Shown here: in pieces, positions 29,572-44,200 of the stretch | Layout: each line of letters opens with the position of its first letter | How positions within the stretch are numbered: position 1 is the stretch's first letter | Source of the DNA: Octopus bimaculoides | Taxonomy: Eukaryota | Reading direction: 5' to 3' | DNA length: 64,000 bases | Assembly: GCF_001194135.2 (NCBI RefSeq) | Contig: NC_068983.1 | Location: forward strand, 102,714,371 to 102,778,370 | Made by a program: the position numbers and the translations under genes | Notes under the pieces: model-generated | Told to the model about the DNA's origin: nothing | Database searches by the model: none | What the model saw: the letters and a program-made list of their open reading frames with translations, nothing else

Positions 29572-32500
29572 NNNNNNNNNNNNNNNNNNNNNNNNNNNNN
29601 NNNNNNNNNNNNNNNNNNNNNNNNNNNNNNNNNNNNNNNNNNNNNNNNNNNNNNNNNNNNNNNNNNNNNNNNNNNNNNNNNNNNNNNNNNNNNNNNNNNN
29701 NNNNNNNNNNNNNNNNNNNNNNNNNNNNNNNNNNNNNNNNNNNNNNNNNNNNNNNNNNNNNNNNNNNNNNNNNNNNNNNNNNNNNNNNNNNNNNNNNNNN
29801 NNNNNNNNNNNNNNNNNNNNNNNNNNNNNNNNNNNNNNNNNNNNNNNCTTAAGTGTGGCTGACCCCTAGGGGTGGATGTTACTGTTGCTTTTAGCCCCAG
29901 GAGGACATCTCCTCCAGCTGGCTTATCGACACACGACTGTGTCCTGTTTGCCAAGGGAAGTTATCCCTCTCACCAACATCTGCAGCACGAACGGATCCGG
30001 ATTTCAGGGTTATTTCCCTTCGTCGGCGTTCGATAGCTGCCGACCTTGGTGAGAGAGACAAAAACCTGGCAATCTTATATCTTCTTTTCCAGTGAAATTC
30101 TTCACTGATATCGAAAAGGTGAAAACAAGCAATGTTAATTCTCTAAATGAAGTATTAACAGTAACTGCACGATAAAGTGTAGTATATTGCCACTTAAGTG
30201 TGGCTGACCCCTAGGGGTGGATGTTACTGTTGCTTTTGGTTGGGTAGTTCTCGAGCTTTAGTGATGCACACATACAGATAAATATTCTCAGTTTTATATA
30301 TATATATATATATTAAGAAAGCAAATAAGAATAGCAAGAGTGTCATAAACAAAAAGATTCAACAGGTTTGAAATTAGTAAAAATTATCCACTATTATATA
30401 TATAAATAATGAAAAAAACAAAAGAAGTAGAGAAACAGCCATAACTCATAAGGAAATACGACTTGGTAGCATGTACCATGCTTTCCCCTAATTATTTTAG
30501 GTGTCTATGTGGTCATAAGCAGGCATAAACACAATCTCATCCTTCCTGCTGTTGAGTCAGCAGAACATTGGGGATATAATGACTGTAGAAGAGAATGCCA
30601 AATCAACTGTGCTGGTGCAGCACTTGGCTGGCATTCATTTTAGCGAAGTAGACTGGAGCAACTGAAAAGGAGTGTCTTGCTTAACCTTTTAGCATTTAAA
30701 CTGGCTATATTCAGCCCAAATATTCTCCCAGTTTTATGTTTAAACTGGCCATATCCAGCCAAATAATTCTACATATATTATATTCAAACTAGTCAGATCT
30801 GGCCTCTCACAACTACCCTACAATGTCGTTCTAAAAATAAAGAATCACATCATAAAAATTTGAAGTGACAAGATAATGCTTGATTAATTCAAAACAATAG
30901 GAATTAATAAGTATTACTTCTGACAGAATAATTTGAATACTAATGAGCTAAGGAATTCCAGTCTAGGAATTGAACCTGACACCCTAACCACTAGGTTATA
31001 TGCCTACATAAACAAATACTAAAACAGTAAAAAAGCAAAAAAGAGAAAATTACAAATCCATCTTACTTCTTATTTTTCTTCCAGCAGTAAAATACCAAAC
31101 AAAGCAACAATAAGCCAACTGACAGAGCACACATGCTACCTATTTCAATCTGAAGAAGAAAGAGATGCAAAGAAATATTGAGTGAATAAATGATAAAATA
31201 TTATAACTGAAAGGAAGCATATTTGATAAGGTTTTTTTTATGTTTAAGATATTTTTAAAAGAGGAAAAATAAATCAAATAAACTGATTTATATAATTTCT
31301 TCAACAAGTCAATGGATTCCTTATTTTCAATCAAAGATTTCTATTGCAAATTTAATTCAAAAATAATTACTGAACAGATCAATTATTGCATATTTATTTA
31401 TAAATCAATTACATTACAAATAATATTTTATAAAATTTTTATTTAAATTCTTTCTTTAAAAGAAAAGAAAAAAAATCAATGCCATCACAAAAAAAGCTGA
31501 AAGGTTTCAACAGAATCTTTATTCTTTTAAATTGATTTTTTTTCTTCTTTTTTTTTTTCCAAATTTCAACAAAATATGATCAACTAAACAGTTTTGTTGT
31601 AACCATGACAACAAAGACAATAAAGATAAAACCAAGGTGAAAGCAATTGTTGAACAAAACTCACATCAAAGTGAAACACAAATGTCTCAGGGACTTGGTG
31701 TCAGTATTGTAACGGTCTCGTGCAAGTCTGGAAACCCAGATTCCTCCAATGACAGTTTGGCATGTCCTGAGGAAATGCTTGCTAATGAAACCCTACAATC
31801 TTCAGCTCATTCATGCCATAACGACAAATGACAAGCGAAAGTGTTGATATGCAAGAGAAACTTGAACAAGCCAAGTTCAAGGGACGTCTTGTTTTCAGTG
31901 ATGGGGCCATATTTCATACGAAACATGAAGTCAATAAGCATAATGTTCGCATTTGGGGCAAAGAAAATCCCCATACCTCAGTTGAGCATAAGACGGACTC
32001 ACCAAAATGAATGTGTTCTGCATCATCTCCAAGAAAAGCCTGTTTTTCTTTGAGGAAAATGTGACCGGCGATGTTTATCTGCAAATGTTTCAGAACTGGC
32101 TAATGGATGAGCTCATTGCAAATGAACATGAAAACTTCATTCTTCAACAGGACAGGGCTCCACCTCACTAGAAGCACACTGTGTGGACTTGTCCCAAAGA
32201 CAATCTGCGAGGGAGATAGATCAGGCATGCTGGTGATGAAGAGAATGTGCTGTTGAAATGACCACCGTGTTCACCTGACCTGACACCTTGCGATTTTTTC
32301 TCTGAGGCTATGTGAAGGGCCTGGTCTATATCCCCACTCTTCCAGCAAACCTAGAGAAACTTGAGCAGAGAATCACTACTGCACTGGAGACTGCTACCCA
32401 AGACATGCTGCAGCGTGTTTGGGAGGAGCTGGACTACCGACTTGACGTATGCCGTATCTCAGGCGGTGTGCATATCGAACATTTGTGAAAACGTTCATGG

Positions 32501-35500
32501 AATCCACATACCTTTGAATTTCTCATTCAAATATGGAGGAATAAATCTTATGTTGCTCAACATTAAGCCTGTTTAGTTTCATTTGCTTTGACTATGTAGT
32601 TTCTGTGATATTTACACCTCAAATGATATCAAATTTTTTGAAACATCCTGTATATATATATATGTGTGTGTATATGTTTGCGTGTCTGTGTTTGTCCCCC
32701 CAACATCGCCTGACAACCGATGCTGGTGTGTTTACGTCCCCGTAACTTAGCGGTTCGGCATAAGAGACCGATAGAATAAGTACTAGGCTTACAAAGAATA
32801 AGTCCTGGGGTCGATTTGCTCGACTAAAGGTGGTGCTCCAGCATGGCCATAGTCAAATGACTGAAACAAGTAAAAGAGTAAAAGAGATANNNNNNNNNNN
32901 NNNNNNNNNNNNNNNNNNNNNNNNNNNNNNNNNNNNNNNNNNNNNNNNNNNNNNNNNNNNNNNNNNNNNNNNNNNNNNNNNNNNNNNNNNNNNNNNNNNN
33001 NNNNNNNNNNNNNNNNNNNNNNNNNNNNNNNNNNNNNNNNNNNNNNNNNNNNNNNNCTTACCAACCACATGGTTCCGGGTTCAGTCCCACTGCGTGGCAC
33101 CTTGGGCAAGTGTCTTCTACTATAGTCTCGGGCCGACCAAAGCCTTGTGAGTGGATTTGGTAGACGGAAACTGAAAGAAGCCTGTCGTATATATGTATAT
33201 ATATATATGTGTGTGTATATGTTTGCGTGTCTGTGTTTGTCCCCCCAACATCGCCTGACAACCGATGCTGGTGTGTTTACGTCCCCGTAACTTAGCGGTT
33301 CGGCATAAGAGACCGATAGAATAAGTACTAGGCTTACAAAGAATAAGTCCTGGGGTCGATTTGCTCGACTAAAGGTGGTGCTCCAGCATGGCCATAGTCA
33401 AATGACTGAAACAAGTAAAAGAGTAAAAGAGATATATATATTTACTACACTACATGCATGATAATATTTCCAACCAAGACATTTCAACTGTTGTATCTAT
33501 TCATATGTTTCAATTCCGTGTATGTATACATATTTACTCAATTACTGACATTTATAAGTGCTTTCTCCCATTGTTTTAATACACCACTTTCTCTCATTAA
33601 TAAAACTGCCAGCAGTTTTGATGATATGGGTATACTAGTAATATAATAAATTCTTACAGCAAAGGGAATTGAAGAACATTTCTTTTTCTTGGTGGTAGGC
33701 TTCTCATCATTGATTATCATGCAATGCCTGCAAAAAGAAATTTAAAGTTTATATTATGTTTTAAAAAATTAAAGAATCTCAAATAGATTTCATTTTACAA
33801 ATTATATTTTCTTAGACTTTTACAATGTCTTTTGCATGTAAAGAACAAAGCAGAGAGAAATGCCAACTAGAACATTTTCAAGCATTCGTCTAATCAATCA
33901 CAATTGCAGTTTTACTGGAAAATCTGAAGCTGTTTCTATTTAGCCACCAGACCTAGGTATGTATTAAGTCACCCAAATGTCCATACCTTCAGTTTTAACT
34001 AAGACACAGATATCATTGATCTCGTGTGTGTGTGTGTGTGTGTGTCTGTCTGTCTTTTATATATTTCAGTCACTTGACTGCAGCCATACTGGGGCATCAT
34101 TGTGAAGAATCTAGTCAAACAAATTAACCCCAGTGCATTTTTATTTTAAAATGCTTGTTACTTATTCTATTGATCTCTTTGCCAAACTGTTTAGTTGTGG
34201 GGACATAAACAAAGCAGCACTGGTTGTCAAGTGGTGGTTGGATACAAACACAGAGACACTGGTACATAGACAGACAGACAGATATACATGACAAAGTCTT
34301 TGGTTTCCCTGGAGCTATAGTAGAAACCATTTGCTGAAAGTACCACACAATGAGACTGAACCCAGAAACATGTGCTTGAGAAAAAAAACTTCTTATCACA
34401 TAGCCACACCTGCATCTATGACATTTCTACATTAGCATAAAGTTTTAGAGTTGGTGTGAAGAGAAAACACAAACTTCTGATATTTATACCATTTGCAACA
34501 GCATTAGTAAAGTAACCAAATTAAGGATTAAAAATAAAACAATCACCTCATTGAAATCTCAAAGCTATGAAGTAATGCATAATTAATTCAAAACAATGTG
34601 AATGAATAAGCATTGCATTTGACAGAGTAATCCGAATGCTAAAGGGTTAAAGAAGTTTTGTAGCTTCCAGAAGCTCTGAAATATCATCCAACAGGCACTT
34701 ATTTTAAGAAAAAAAAACATGATGCATTTATTTCTTTTAAATAAAGGGAGCCTATATCTAAGAAAGAAATTATGTATGACCTGTTGCCTGATAATATATA
34801 CATTTATGTTTATCTATAATAATATTTGGTTATAATACTTACTTTTTGGGATAATAATGAATTGTTTGTTCACCAGCTATACATTCGCTAACAATAACAT
34901 CGTAATCTTCTTCTCTGCAAACAGGACAGGCATGTTGGCTACGCCACAGAAAGTGGAAAGTACAACCATCACATGTGCCATCTGGACATTTAGGTGGTAA
35001 GTCAATAGTCCCACGTTTGTCTTCTTTCACATCACATCGAAGTGTAATGATTGTCTCTCGGCCATCCTGACAAGCAGCTGTTGGACTGGATGACACACAC
35101 ACAAAAAAAGAAAAAAGAAGTAAAGGTTTTTATCTCTGAAAATTTTGAAGAAATTATAACAAAAATATACTTAGAGAAATTTAAGAAGGCTTTATTGTCA
35201 ACATAATCGTTATGACATAGGTATACACATCTGGTGTAAAATGGTATTACACAAATAAATGGTTGTGGTTATCTAAAAATATCTTGTTTCAGAAATATAT
35301 GTTAACAGAGAACACACTCCATACTACCCGAATGTAGGTACGATGCTCAGTATTCACTGTGCAACTACTGACTGTTAAACCAACACATGTCGAACTAACA
35401 CAGTAAATCAACACAGTCAAACTAACACCATCAACTATCCCCTTGACAGTTCACTCACTTTTTATTTATTCTTCACCTTCAATCACATGGGGATGTCCAA

Positions 35501-37320
35501 GATTCTCTAATAACAGCAAAACACAAAATTTTCTTATTTATTAGTATGGAAAGCAATGATTTGTGTAACAGTGTAATGAATTGGGATATTAATGAGAATT
35601 AAAAGCTCAAATGGTTTGTCACTATAAGTTGTAAATTATGCCAATTCTTAAAAGCCACAATAAAAATGCTTTGTGTTAGAATAGAAAGATTTCTGTCATG
35701 GTCAGTACCAATGTTCCCTCTAAATTTTTGCAGTGGAAGGGTTCAAAAATTTACTTATGTTGCAAACCTTGTTTTTTATTCTAAAGTATGACGCATGCGT
35801 ACGAACAACCATGCTACATGGCAGTGAAACATGGGCTGTAACTGCTGAGGACATACGTAAGCTCGCAAGGAATGAAGCCAGTATGCTCCGTTGGATGTGT
35901 AATGTCAATGTGAATACCCGTCAGAGTGTAAGTATCTTGAGAGAAAAGCTGAACATTAGAAGCATCAGTTGTGGCGTGCAAGAGAGACGATTGCGCTGGT
36001 ATGGACATGTGGTGAGAATGGAGGAGGATAGCTGCGTGAAAAAGTGCCACACCCTAACAGTTGAGGGAACCCGTGGAAGAGGTAGGCNNNNNNNNNNNNN
36101 NNNNNNNNNNNNNNNNNNNNNNNNNNNNNNNNNNNNNNNNNNNNNNNNNNNNNNNNNNNNNNNNNNNNNNNNNNNNNNNNNNNNNNNNNNNNNNNNNNNN
36201 NNNNNNNNNNNNNNNNNNNNNNNNNNNNNNNNNNNNNNNNNNNNNNNNNNNNNNNNNNNNNNNNNNNNNNNNNNNNNNNNNNNNNNNNNNNNNNNNNNNN
36301 NNNNNNNNNNNNNNNNNNNNNNGGCACATAAAAGACACCATTTCGAGCGTGGCCGTTTTCGTGCGGGTGACACGTAAAAGCACCCACTACACTCTCTGAG
36401 TGGTTGGCGTTAGGAAGGGCATCCAGCTGTAGAAACTCTGCCAAATCAGACTGGAGCCTGGTGTTGCCATCCGGTTTCACCAGTCCTCAGTCAAATCGTC
36501 CAACCCATGCTAGCATGGAAAGCGGACGTTAAACGATGATGATGATGATGTGTTCATCCATGCAAATGACCATCACTCTAATTTCTCCATTTAAAAATAA
36601 ATAAGATTTCATCTTGAAAATCTTGAATGTGAACATTTTAGTATATCTTAATTGCAAATAAATCATGTACATACATGCACAAGCACACTTCTTAGTCAGA
36701 ACCCACAGCAAATTTCAAACTCACCATTGCAAGCTAAATGAAAAAGCGATAAGATTTTCAATAATGCTAATGCCTACACGGTCAACCAAAATGAAAACAG
36801 CACAGCACTAGTGAGACAATACAAGACATCAGCTTCTCAGGCCATTATCTGGGTACCCTATCAACACGGTTATCTACAGCTCTCTCCCACTCTCTCTCTC
36901 TCAAATATATATATCTGAGTGTGTGTGTATATATATATTTTTCAAATAAATTACGTAACAACCTTCTCCAACTACAGTTCTCATATTCGGTTAAAATGTC
37001 TTACGTTTAAGCTGGTTCCCATGCATTTCCCTGAAGAGAAGATTACATTCTTATCAACATCACCTATTCCTATGGCAGGTATAATTTTTAATCTTTGAAA
37101 CATATGTTGGAAATAAAAGTATTCAGTTAACATATGCGTTTTACTCCATTTACTAAATTTATANNNNNNNNNNNNNNNNNNNNNNNNNNNNNNNNNNNNN
37201 NNNNNNNNNNNNNNNNNNNNNNNNNNNNNNNNNNNNNNNNNNNNNNNNNNNNNNNNNNNNNNNNNNNNNNNNNNNNNNNNNNNNNNNNNNNNNNNNNNNN
37301 NNNNNNNNNNNNNNNNNNNN

Positions 37321-37363
<43 letters not shown>

Positions 37364-40300
37364 GAAACAATTGATACAGAAGATAGAATATACTAGAAGC
37401 TTTATTTGCCCCAGTGATCATTTTGACACATCCTGCACTGCTCCCTCATAGGTGGGAAACTATAGAATGGATTCCAATGTTCCCCACAGTGCAGAAGCAT
37501 TGGATGATATAACTTGGTTTCTTGTTACATGATTGATGTTGCATTCTTAAGATTAACTAGAGCATGTTGGTAGTAGTTATGTCTAAAATACATTGAGGAG
37601 GAATGATATAACCAGGTTATATCACCTGAAGAGATGCTTCTGCAGTGTGGGGAACATTGGAATTCATTGTATAGTTTCCCACCCATGATGGAGTGGCGCA
37701 GGGTGTGTCAAAACGACCTTTGTCATAAATAAAGCTTCCAGTATATTCTATTTTTCATCTCAATTGTTTCTACTATACACAACATGTACTGTGGCATTTC
37801 TAATGTAAATCCAGCAATGACTGTACAATTACTGTGGATGATGCCAGGTAGCCATAAACAGTGAACATGCTTTGCAAGATTCTTGATGTGAATTTGTATG
37901 TTGAGATAAATCTTGTTGTATATTGAACCAGTGCATATGTTTATTTTAATTTCTATTTTATTTATATAAAGTCCTGGGATGGTAGAAAGATGGGGTATTT
38001 TCAATGCAGTATTCAAACCAAGTTTTAGGCTAGGTGCATTCTTAGATTGTGCATTCTTAAATAAAATCAAAATTCTTCAAGTGTAGAAAATCCAAATGTC
38101 ACAATGGTAAAATCATTGTGTGGGTTTAGCAAAGAGTAAAATATATAATCCATATAAGGCAAAGAAAGAGTTTATCACATCTTTAATGACCAGTTACAAT
38201 TGTTTCTGCACCAACTCTGTTATCAACACCAGTTCACACAAAGTTCCATGTGAAGAGTTATGTAATAAACCCATGTGTAAGAAATATCGTTCATTATTTA
38301 ACCTTTAGGTTAAATACCTAATTCCTCACATCAAACTTTAAGAAGGAAAAATGAAGAACGGATAGCGCAGTCTCTAAACCAGAAACATAACAATATTTAT
38401 TCTTGTAGTATATTCATACAGCATGGTTATTCGGCTGTTGGTCGTTCCATCACTTGTCCGCTGATCCCGTCATGAGTTAGTTGGGTCTCGAAAAGAGCGA
38501 TACAAAACACGTCCTTCGCCCACGAAGTTGTCAACGCAAGAGAAAGAAAAAAACGCGGGAAAACGTTGAGAGAGTCGAACTATGCATGTGCATGGGACTC
38601 TTCCTGTGTTCCTTCCGGAACTAGTCCCTGCGCATGCGTGGATGAAAACGCAGTAATGGCGACTGTATTTTGGCACCAAATTACGTCACTACACATGCTA
38701 GCATGGAAAGCGGACGTTAAACGATGATGATGATGCAGTTTTAAACATTAGAGTGGCTCTTCTTCAGAACTGCTTGAATTGTATGTGTGTGTGCTTGCTT
38801 AGATCCATTCATTAAGTCAACACTAAGCTATTACCCTGTCAAATTTCTCAATGAGCTAAGCCTCAGTTTCAAGTAAATGTGTGTGGAGAGAGAGAGGACA
38901 GATGTATATATGGACATGCCTTGTGTCTTGTGAGAGACAAGGAAAGTTATATATCGTAAAGATGATCATACAATAAAACCAGTTCCAACCTTGCAGTGCT
39001 TCTCACCTGCAGGTGCAACTTACTAACCACAACTGACCTCAAAAGACTTTCTGGAGAAATTTTACTTTGTAAATACTGTAAATACTTGTTACAAGTACTG
39101 TAAATACTTGTTAGAAACTCCAAAATTGTAATTTGAGAGACTGGAGTAGTCTGCTTTGCCAGGAAAGAATGATGAGTTGCTGAACATGAATACAGATTAC
39201 ATAGAAGACAAGATAACAGAAGGTGCAACAGAGCAACCAATCATATCAAGCAGGTGACTAAAAATGCAGTACTTAAATTTGATCAATGCAAAACAGCTGA
39301 ACCAGATAAAAAGTTCTAAAAATATGTGTATTAGAAACAAAAACTTCTTTCCAGTTAGCCCTCCTTGCACTTCCCATACAGATCAGGTTATTGGAAATTT
39401 CAGAGTGTGCAGAATTTATTACTGATTGCTGTGCTGGCAAATCTAAATAATAATTCTTCACTGTTACTGATATCACATTCTATAACATCTTTTGAATTTA
39501 CTCTAGCAATGCTGCGAATCACTCCAGCTATATGAACAATTATGCTTTGCCTGGTCTTGATGATGTTACTTATCTGCTCTTCAAATATAATAGGCTCTTC
39601 CTATTGCATGAACTTTTGTTTCTCTTCCAATTCCGTTTTATTAACTGTGTTACTCCCAGAACAGTAGAAAACTGCCACTGTTATTCTTATGTTCAGAAAG
39701 TGAAACTGCATATCACCTACTAATTACCAATCCATTCAGTCTCACTAGCTGTATCACCAAATATCTTCTACAAGTGTTTAATATCTCAAGCAAGCAAGGG
39801 AAATAATTGCAATAACGTTGCTTTACTGAAAATTCCAGTGTACTCCTGGGTAAACTATATTTTAATTTATTAGCAAGATCATTTTATACAGAAATAAGAA
39901 AAAGAAAAGTAATAGTGATTATGAATACAAACAGTACAATCAAGAGAAAATAACACAGGTATATACACATTAGGTGAATATTACAATATACAACAGACAC
40001 GTGTGTGTATGTGTACAGGATGCGATGGGTAAATTGGTGCCATTTTATATTTTTAATGTCGTACATGCGCATTGTTTGTTTTTGATTTTGTCAACTACAC
40101 AGTATAGTAGGGTCAGTTGGGCACTGTCTGAGAAAAACAGCACCATGACGCAATTCACTCTACCAGAAATTTGTAAACAACATACTGTACTGCTTGGCAT
40201 TTGCACCAGAAGATCCAATATGAACATTTCAGAGTGTTGGATGTCAATCTGAGTCCACAAAACATGTACTGAGAGTGATAAAAATCAAACATCCAGTCAA

Positions 40301-41225
40301 CATCATGCTTTTTGAAGTGATTACTAGTGATGGCAATGTTATGCCTCCATTCATCTTCCCACATGGCCTCAAACTCAACACGGAGGCTTATATCAAGTGC
40401 CTGGAGGAGGTAGTGCTGCCCTGGGTCAAGAGAGTGGCTGTTGGAAGACTCTATGTCTGGTAACAGGACTCTGCACCATGCCACACACAGGAGAACCCAG
40501 TCATGGCTGTCAGACAATTTCTGCGACCACATCACCCCTACCATCTGGCCACCTAACTCCCCAGACAGCAACTTCCTTGATTATTGTGTGGAGCATAATT
40601 GAGTGAGAGACCAACAAAATTCCTTGCAACACCAAAGATGAGCTGAAGGCAAGGATTACGGCAGCATTCACCAACTTAAACAAAGAGGCCATCCAGAAGA
40701 GTTGTAGGAGATTCCAANNNNNNNNNNNNNNNNNNNNNNNNNNNNNNNNNNNNNNNNNNNNNNNNNNNNNNNNNNNNNNNNNNNNNNNNNNNNNNNNNNN
40801 NNNNNNNNNNNNNNNNNNNNNNNNNNNNNNNNNNNNNNNNNNNNNNNNNNNNNNNNNNNNNNNNNNNNNNNNNNNNNNNNNNNNNNNNNNNNNNNNNNNN
40901 NNNNNNNNNNNNNNNNNNNNNNNNNNNNNNNNNNNNNNNNNNNNNNNNNNNNNNNNNNNNNNNNNNNNNNNNNNNNNNNNNNNNNNNNNNNNNNNNNNNN
41001 NNNNNNNNNNNNNNNNNNNNNNNNNNNNNNNNNNNNNNNNNNNNNNNNNNNNNNNNNNNNNNNNNNNNNNNNNNNNNNNNNNNNNNNNNNNNNNNNNNNN
41101 NNNNNNNNNNNNNNNNNNNNNNNNNNNNNNNNNNNNNNNNNNNNNNNNNNNNNNNNNNNNNNNNNNNNNNNNNNNNNNNNNNNNNNNNNNNNNNNNNNNN
41201 NNNNNNNNNNNNNNNNNNNNNNNNN

Positions 41226-41272
<47 letters not shown>

Positions 41273-44200
41273 AGTTCATATACATATATACAGATAAATA
41301 TATGCACACCTATACAATACTATGCATTTATATACCCATATAGATTGAACATAGCACAAACTGCACTGGCACATGGGAATAACTGCCCACTTCATGTGTG
41401 CATACACAGACGCACACAGAAACACAAACCCTCTCACATTAAATAAAGATATAAACATTCCTCCAACTTACCATCCCTTCATACATGTCTCCCTATCATA
41501 AAACATTGCACAAATACATTACACATAGGTGCTGTTTTTCTACAACACATATAACCTACACACCCATGTACAAACACACACATCCATACACACACTGGTA
41601 CTGTGAGTGCCCTGCTACATCTCTCACCTTTCATCTCTTACTTTTTCTCTTCCACTTCACTCTTCTCTCCTTGCCCTTCTTTCTCTCTCTCTCATTCCAT
41701 CTCTCTTTCTCCTTTTAACCTCATTGTGACCCATATAAATACCGTTACTTTTGGTCATTCTGTTTCATTTCAGAGCTTTCATTCAGACCTGCCATGTAAA
41801 CTGACATTTTATTTTATATTGTACAATTTTCTGTTTCTCTTGCTGTTCAATTCTTTATCCCATTCTATTTTCTTCTCTTTCACAAAATTTATCACTCAAA
41901 ACATCAGATTCTCTTGTGTTTGTCTGTTGGCACATTGAGCTTCACTGTTCACATCTTTGTTTCTTGTTCTTTTCACTCTATATTTCTACCCTTTTTAGAC
42001 ACGTGAGCTTACTTGTCTAGCACTACACAGAATTTCTTGTTTGGTTGCTTTCACATTGCCTCAAATTTTACTCATGTTATTTGTCTGACTTTTATCTCTC
42101 TCCCTCTCTCTCATTTTCTCTTTCTCTGTATGAATATATGTATGTACGTGTGCATGTATGTGTGTGTGAGTGAAAGGTATGTGGCTTAGTGGTTATGACG
42201 TTGCACTCATAGTCACAAGATCATGGTTTTGATTCTCAGATCAGTGGTGCATAGTGTTTTTGAGCAAAGCACTTCATTTCATGTTGCTCCAGTCCACTCA
42301 GCTGTAAATAGGTAACCTGGGAATGGAGTAGCATTCCATTCATGAAAAATGTTGGCACACCCACATAGATAGTAGGGTGGCATCATTCAGAAGCTTCATA
42401 AATGCAAAGAAGCACATTGTGACCAGCAAGTATAACATTCAATAGACTGGTTGATACAGTGGTATACATATGTATGTATGTGTGTATGTATGTATGTATG
42501 CATATGTTTATATGGGTGAGGTGTGGGTGTTTGTATCCCCTTGTCTTGACATTTGTAAAAGTGACTATTCAAGCAAAAAATGGTGTCATTGTCATTTGTC
42601 TGCAATTTTCCATGATACATACCCTACCTTTGATTTGTTCACATTCAAAGAACAATGGAAAATATTGCTTTGCTCAGAAGTAAGAAAGAGTTGGCAAGAG
42701 GATGTTTAAAAGGTGGTGAGCTGGCAGAATCGTTAGCACGCCAGGTGAAGTGCTTAGCGGTATTTCGTCTGCCGTTACGTTCTGAGTTCAAATTCCGCCG
42801 GGGTCGACTTTGCCTTTCATCCTTTCGGGGTCAACTTTGCCTTTCATCCTTTCGGGGTCGATAAATTAAATACCAGTTACACACTGGGGTTGATTTAATC
42901 GACTTAATCACTTTGTCTGTCCTTGTTTGTCCCCTCTATGTTTAGCCCCTTGTGGGCAATAAAGAAATAAGAGGATGATTATCTGGCAAAGAACAATTGC
43001 CTCAAAGAGTTTTGCATGACTGATGCAAGCATGGAAAAGTGGACACTAAAAATGCAGTTATTGATGATGATGATATATAAATATTATGTTTAACTGAATT
43101 TTCAAAATGTATTAAAACAAAAATAATTTCATAAAAATCAAAAGAACTCACCTCTCTGCTTTGTAATGAAAATGAATGTCTTCATCTGAAACAACAATTG
43201 AAAATATATATTGTTAATTTAAGATGAATACATATAGCATTATAATTATAAAAGATCAGCTTGGCAGAATTTGACATCAGAATGTTGAGATGCACAACTA
43301 AATACCACAGAGTATTTTATCCAATACTTGCCAATTCTGCTAACCCAGCCCTCTAACAGCAGGAATATAAAAATATGCATAAGCTTTATTTACATTTGAT
43401 GGATATTTGTCCTCATCCTGTTTGTTGTTAACGTTTTGGCTGATATACTCTCCAGCCTTCTTCAGGTGTCCTGGGGAAATTTCAAACCTAGATTCTCATT
43501 CCTAAGGTATTTTTCAATGTTGTTGTTGTTGTTGTTATTATTATTATTATTATTATTCAGGTCACTGCCCGAAATCGAACTCGGAATCTTGGGGTTAGTA
43601 ACCCGTGCTCTCAAGAGTGGGCATATGGCATAGTGGTTAACAGCCAGGTTCAAAATTTACTGTCTGCGTAAGTTCAAATCTTACTACACCCACATGTGCT
43701 GGGACACTGGACCAAGGTACATAACTCTGCTTGCTCCTAAAGAGCAGCATTACAAAGGGTAAGTAACTCCAATAAAAATTTGTTATTTACACAAAATAAA
43801 ATTGAATATAAAGCAACATAAAAAAAGATATTTTCATTTTCCCATGATTGCATCTATTAAAAAATTTGGTGAGATTTTGATATTTGAATTGATCTATTGG
43901 GTATAGAGCGTGAACTTTCTTCCAATCACGAAACAATAAACAGGAGTGAGTACTGATATTGATTTGAGAAAAGCCTCTCATATTGTCCATCATGATCATT
44001 TCAACAAACAAAAATGAAAGACAGATGATAGCTAGCACATATAGCATAGTTATAATGTGAGGAAGGAATGTACTTGGAAATAGTATCAGAAGAATATGAC
44101 ATAATTCATTATATCATAGTTGAATACTGAACTGTCTATTCTGACATAGTTTGCTAGGGAAAAGTTAAGCTTACAAATCTTGTTCTTGTTTTGAAGTTGA

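Noticed and set aside
32655-33432. Identical ~235-bp duplication (32655-32889 and ~33200-33432) on either side of a gap
   Set aside because: An exact copy flanking an N run is most likely an unmerged contig overlap rather than a real tandem duplication.
37626-37660. CTGAAGA motif in the foldback element
   Set aside because: No matching stem II, GAAA and stem III; not a hammerhead.
43930-44010. IDLRKASHIVHH peptide resembling an RT motif
   Set aside because: Too short and interrupted to support a feature call.
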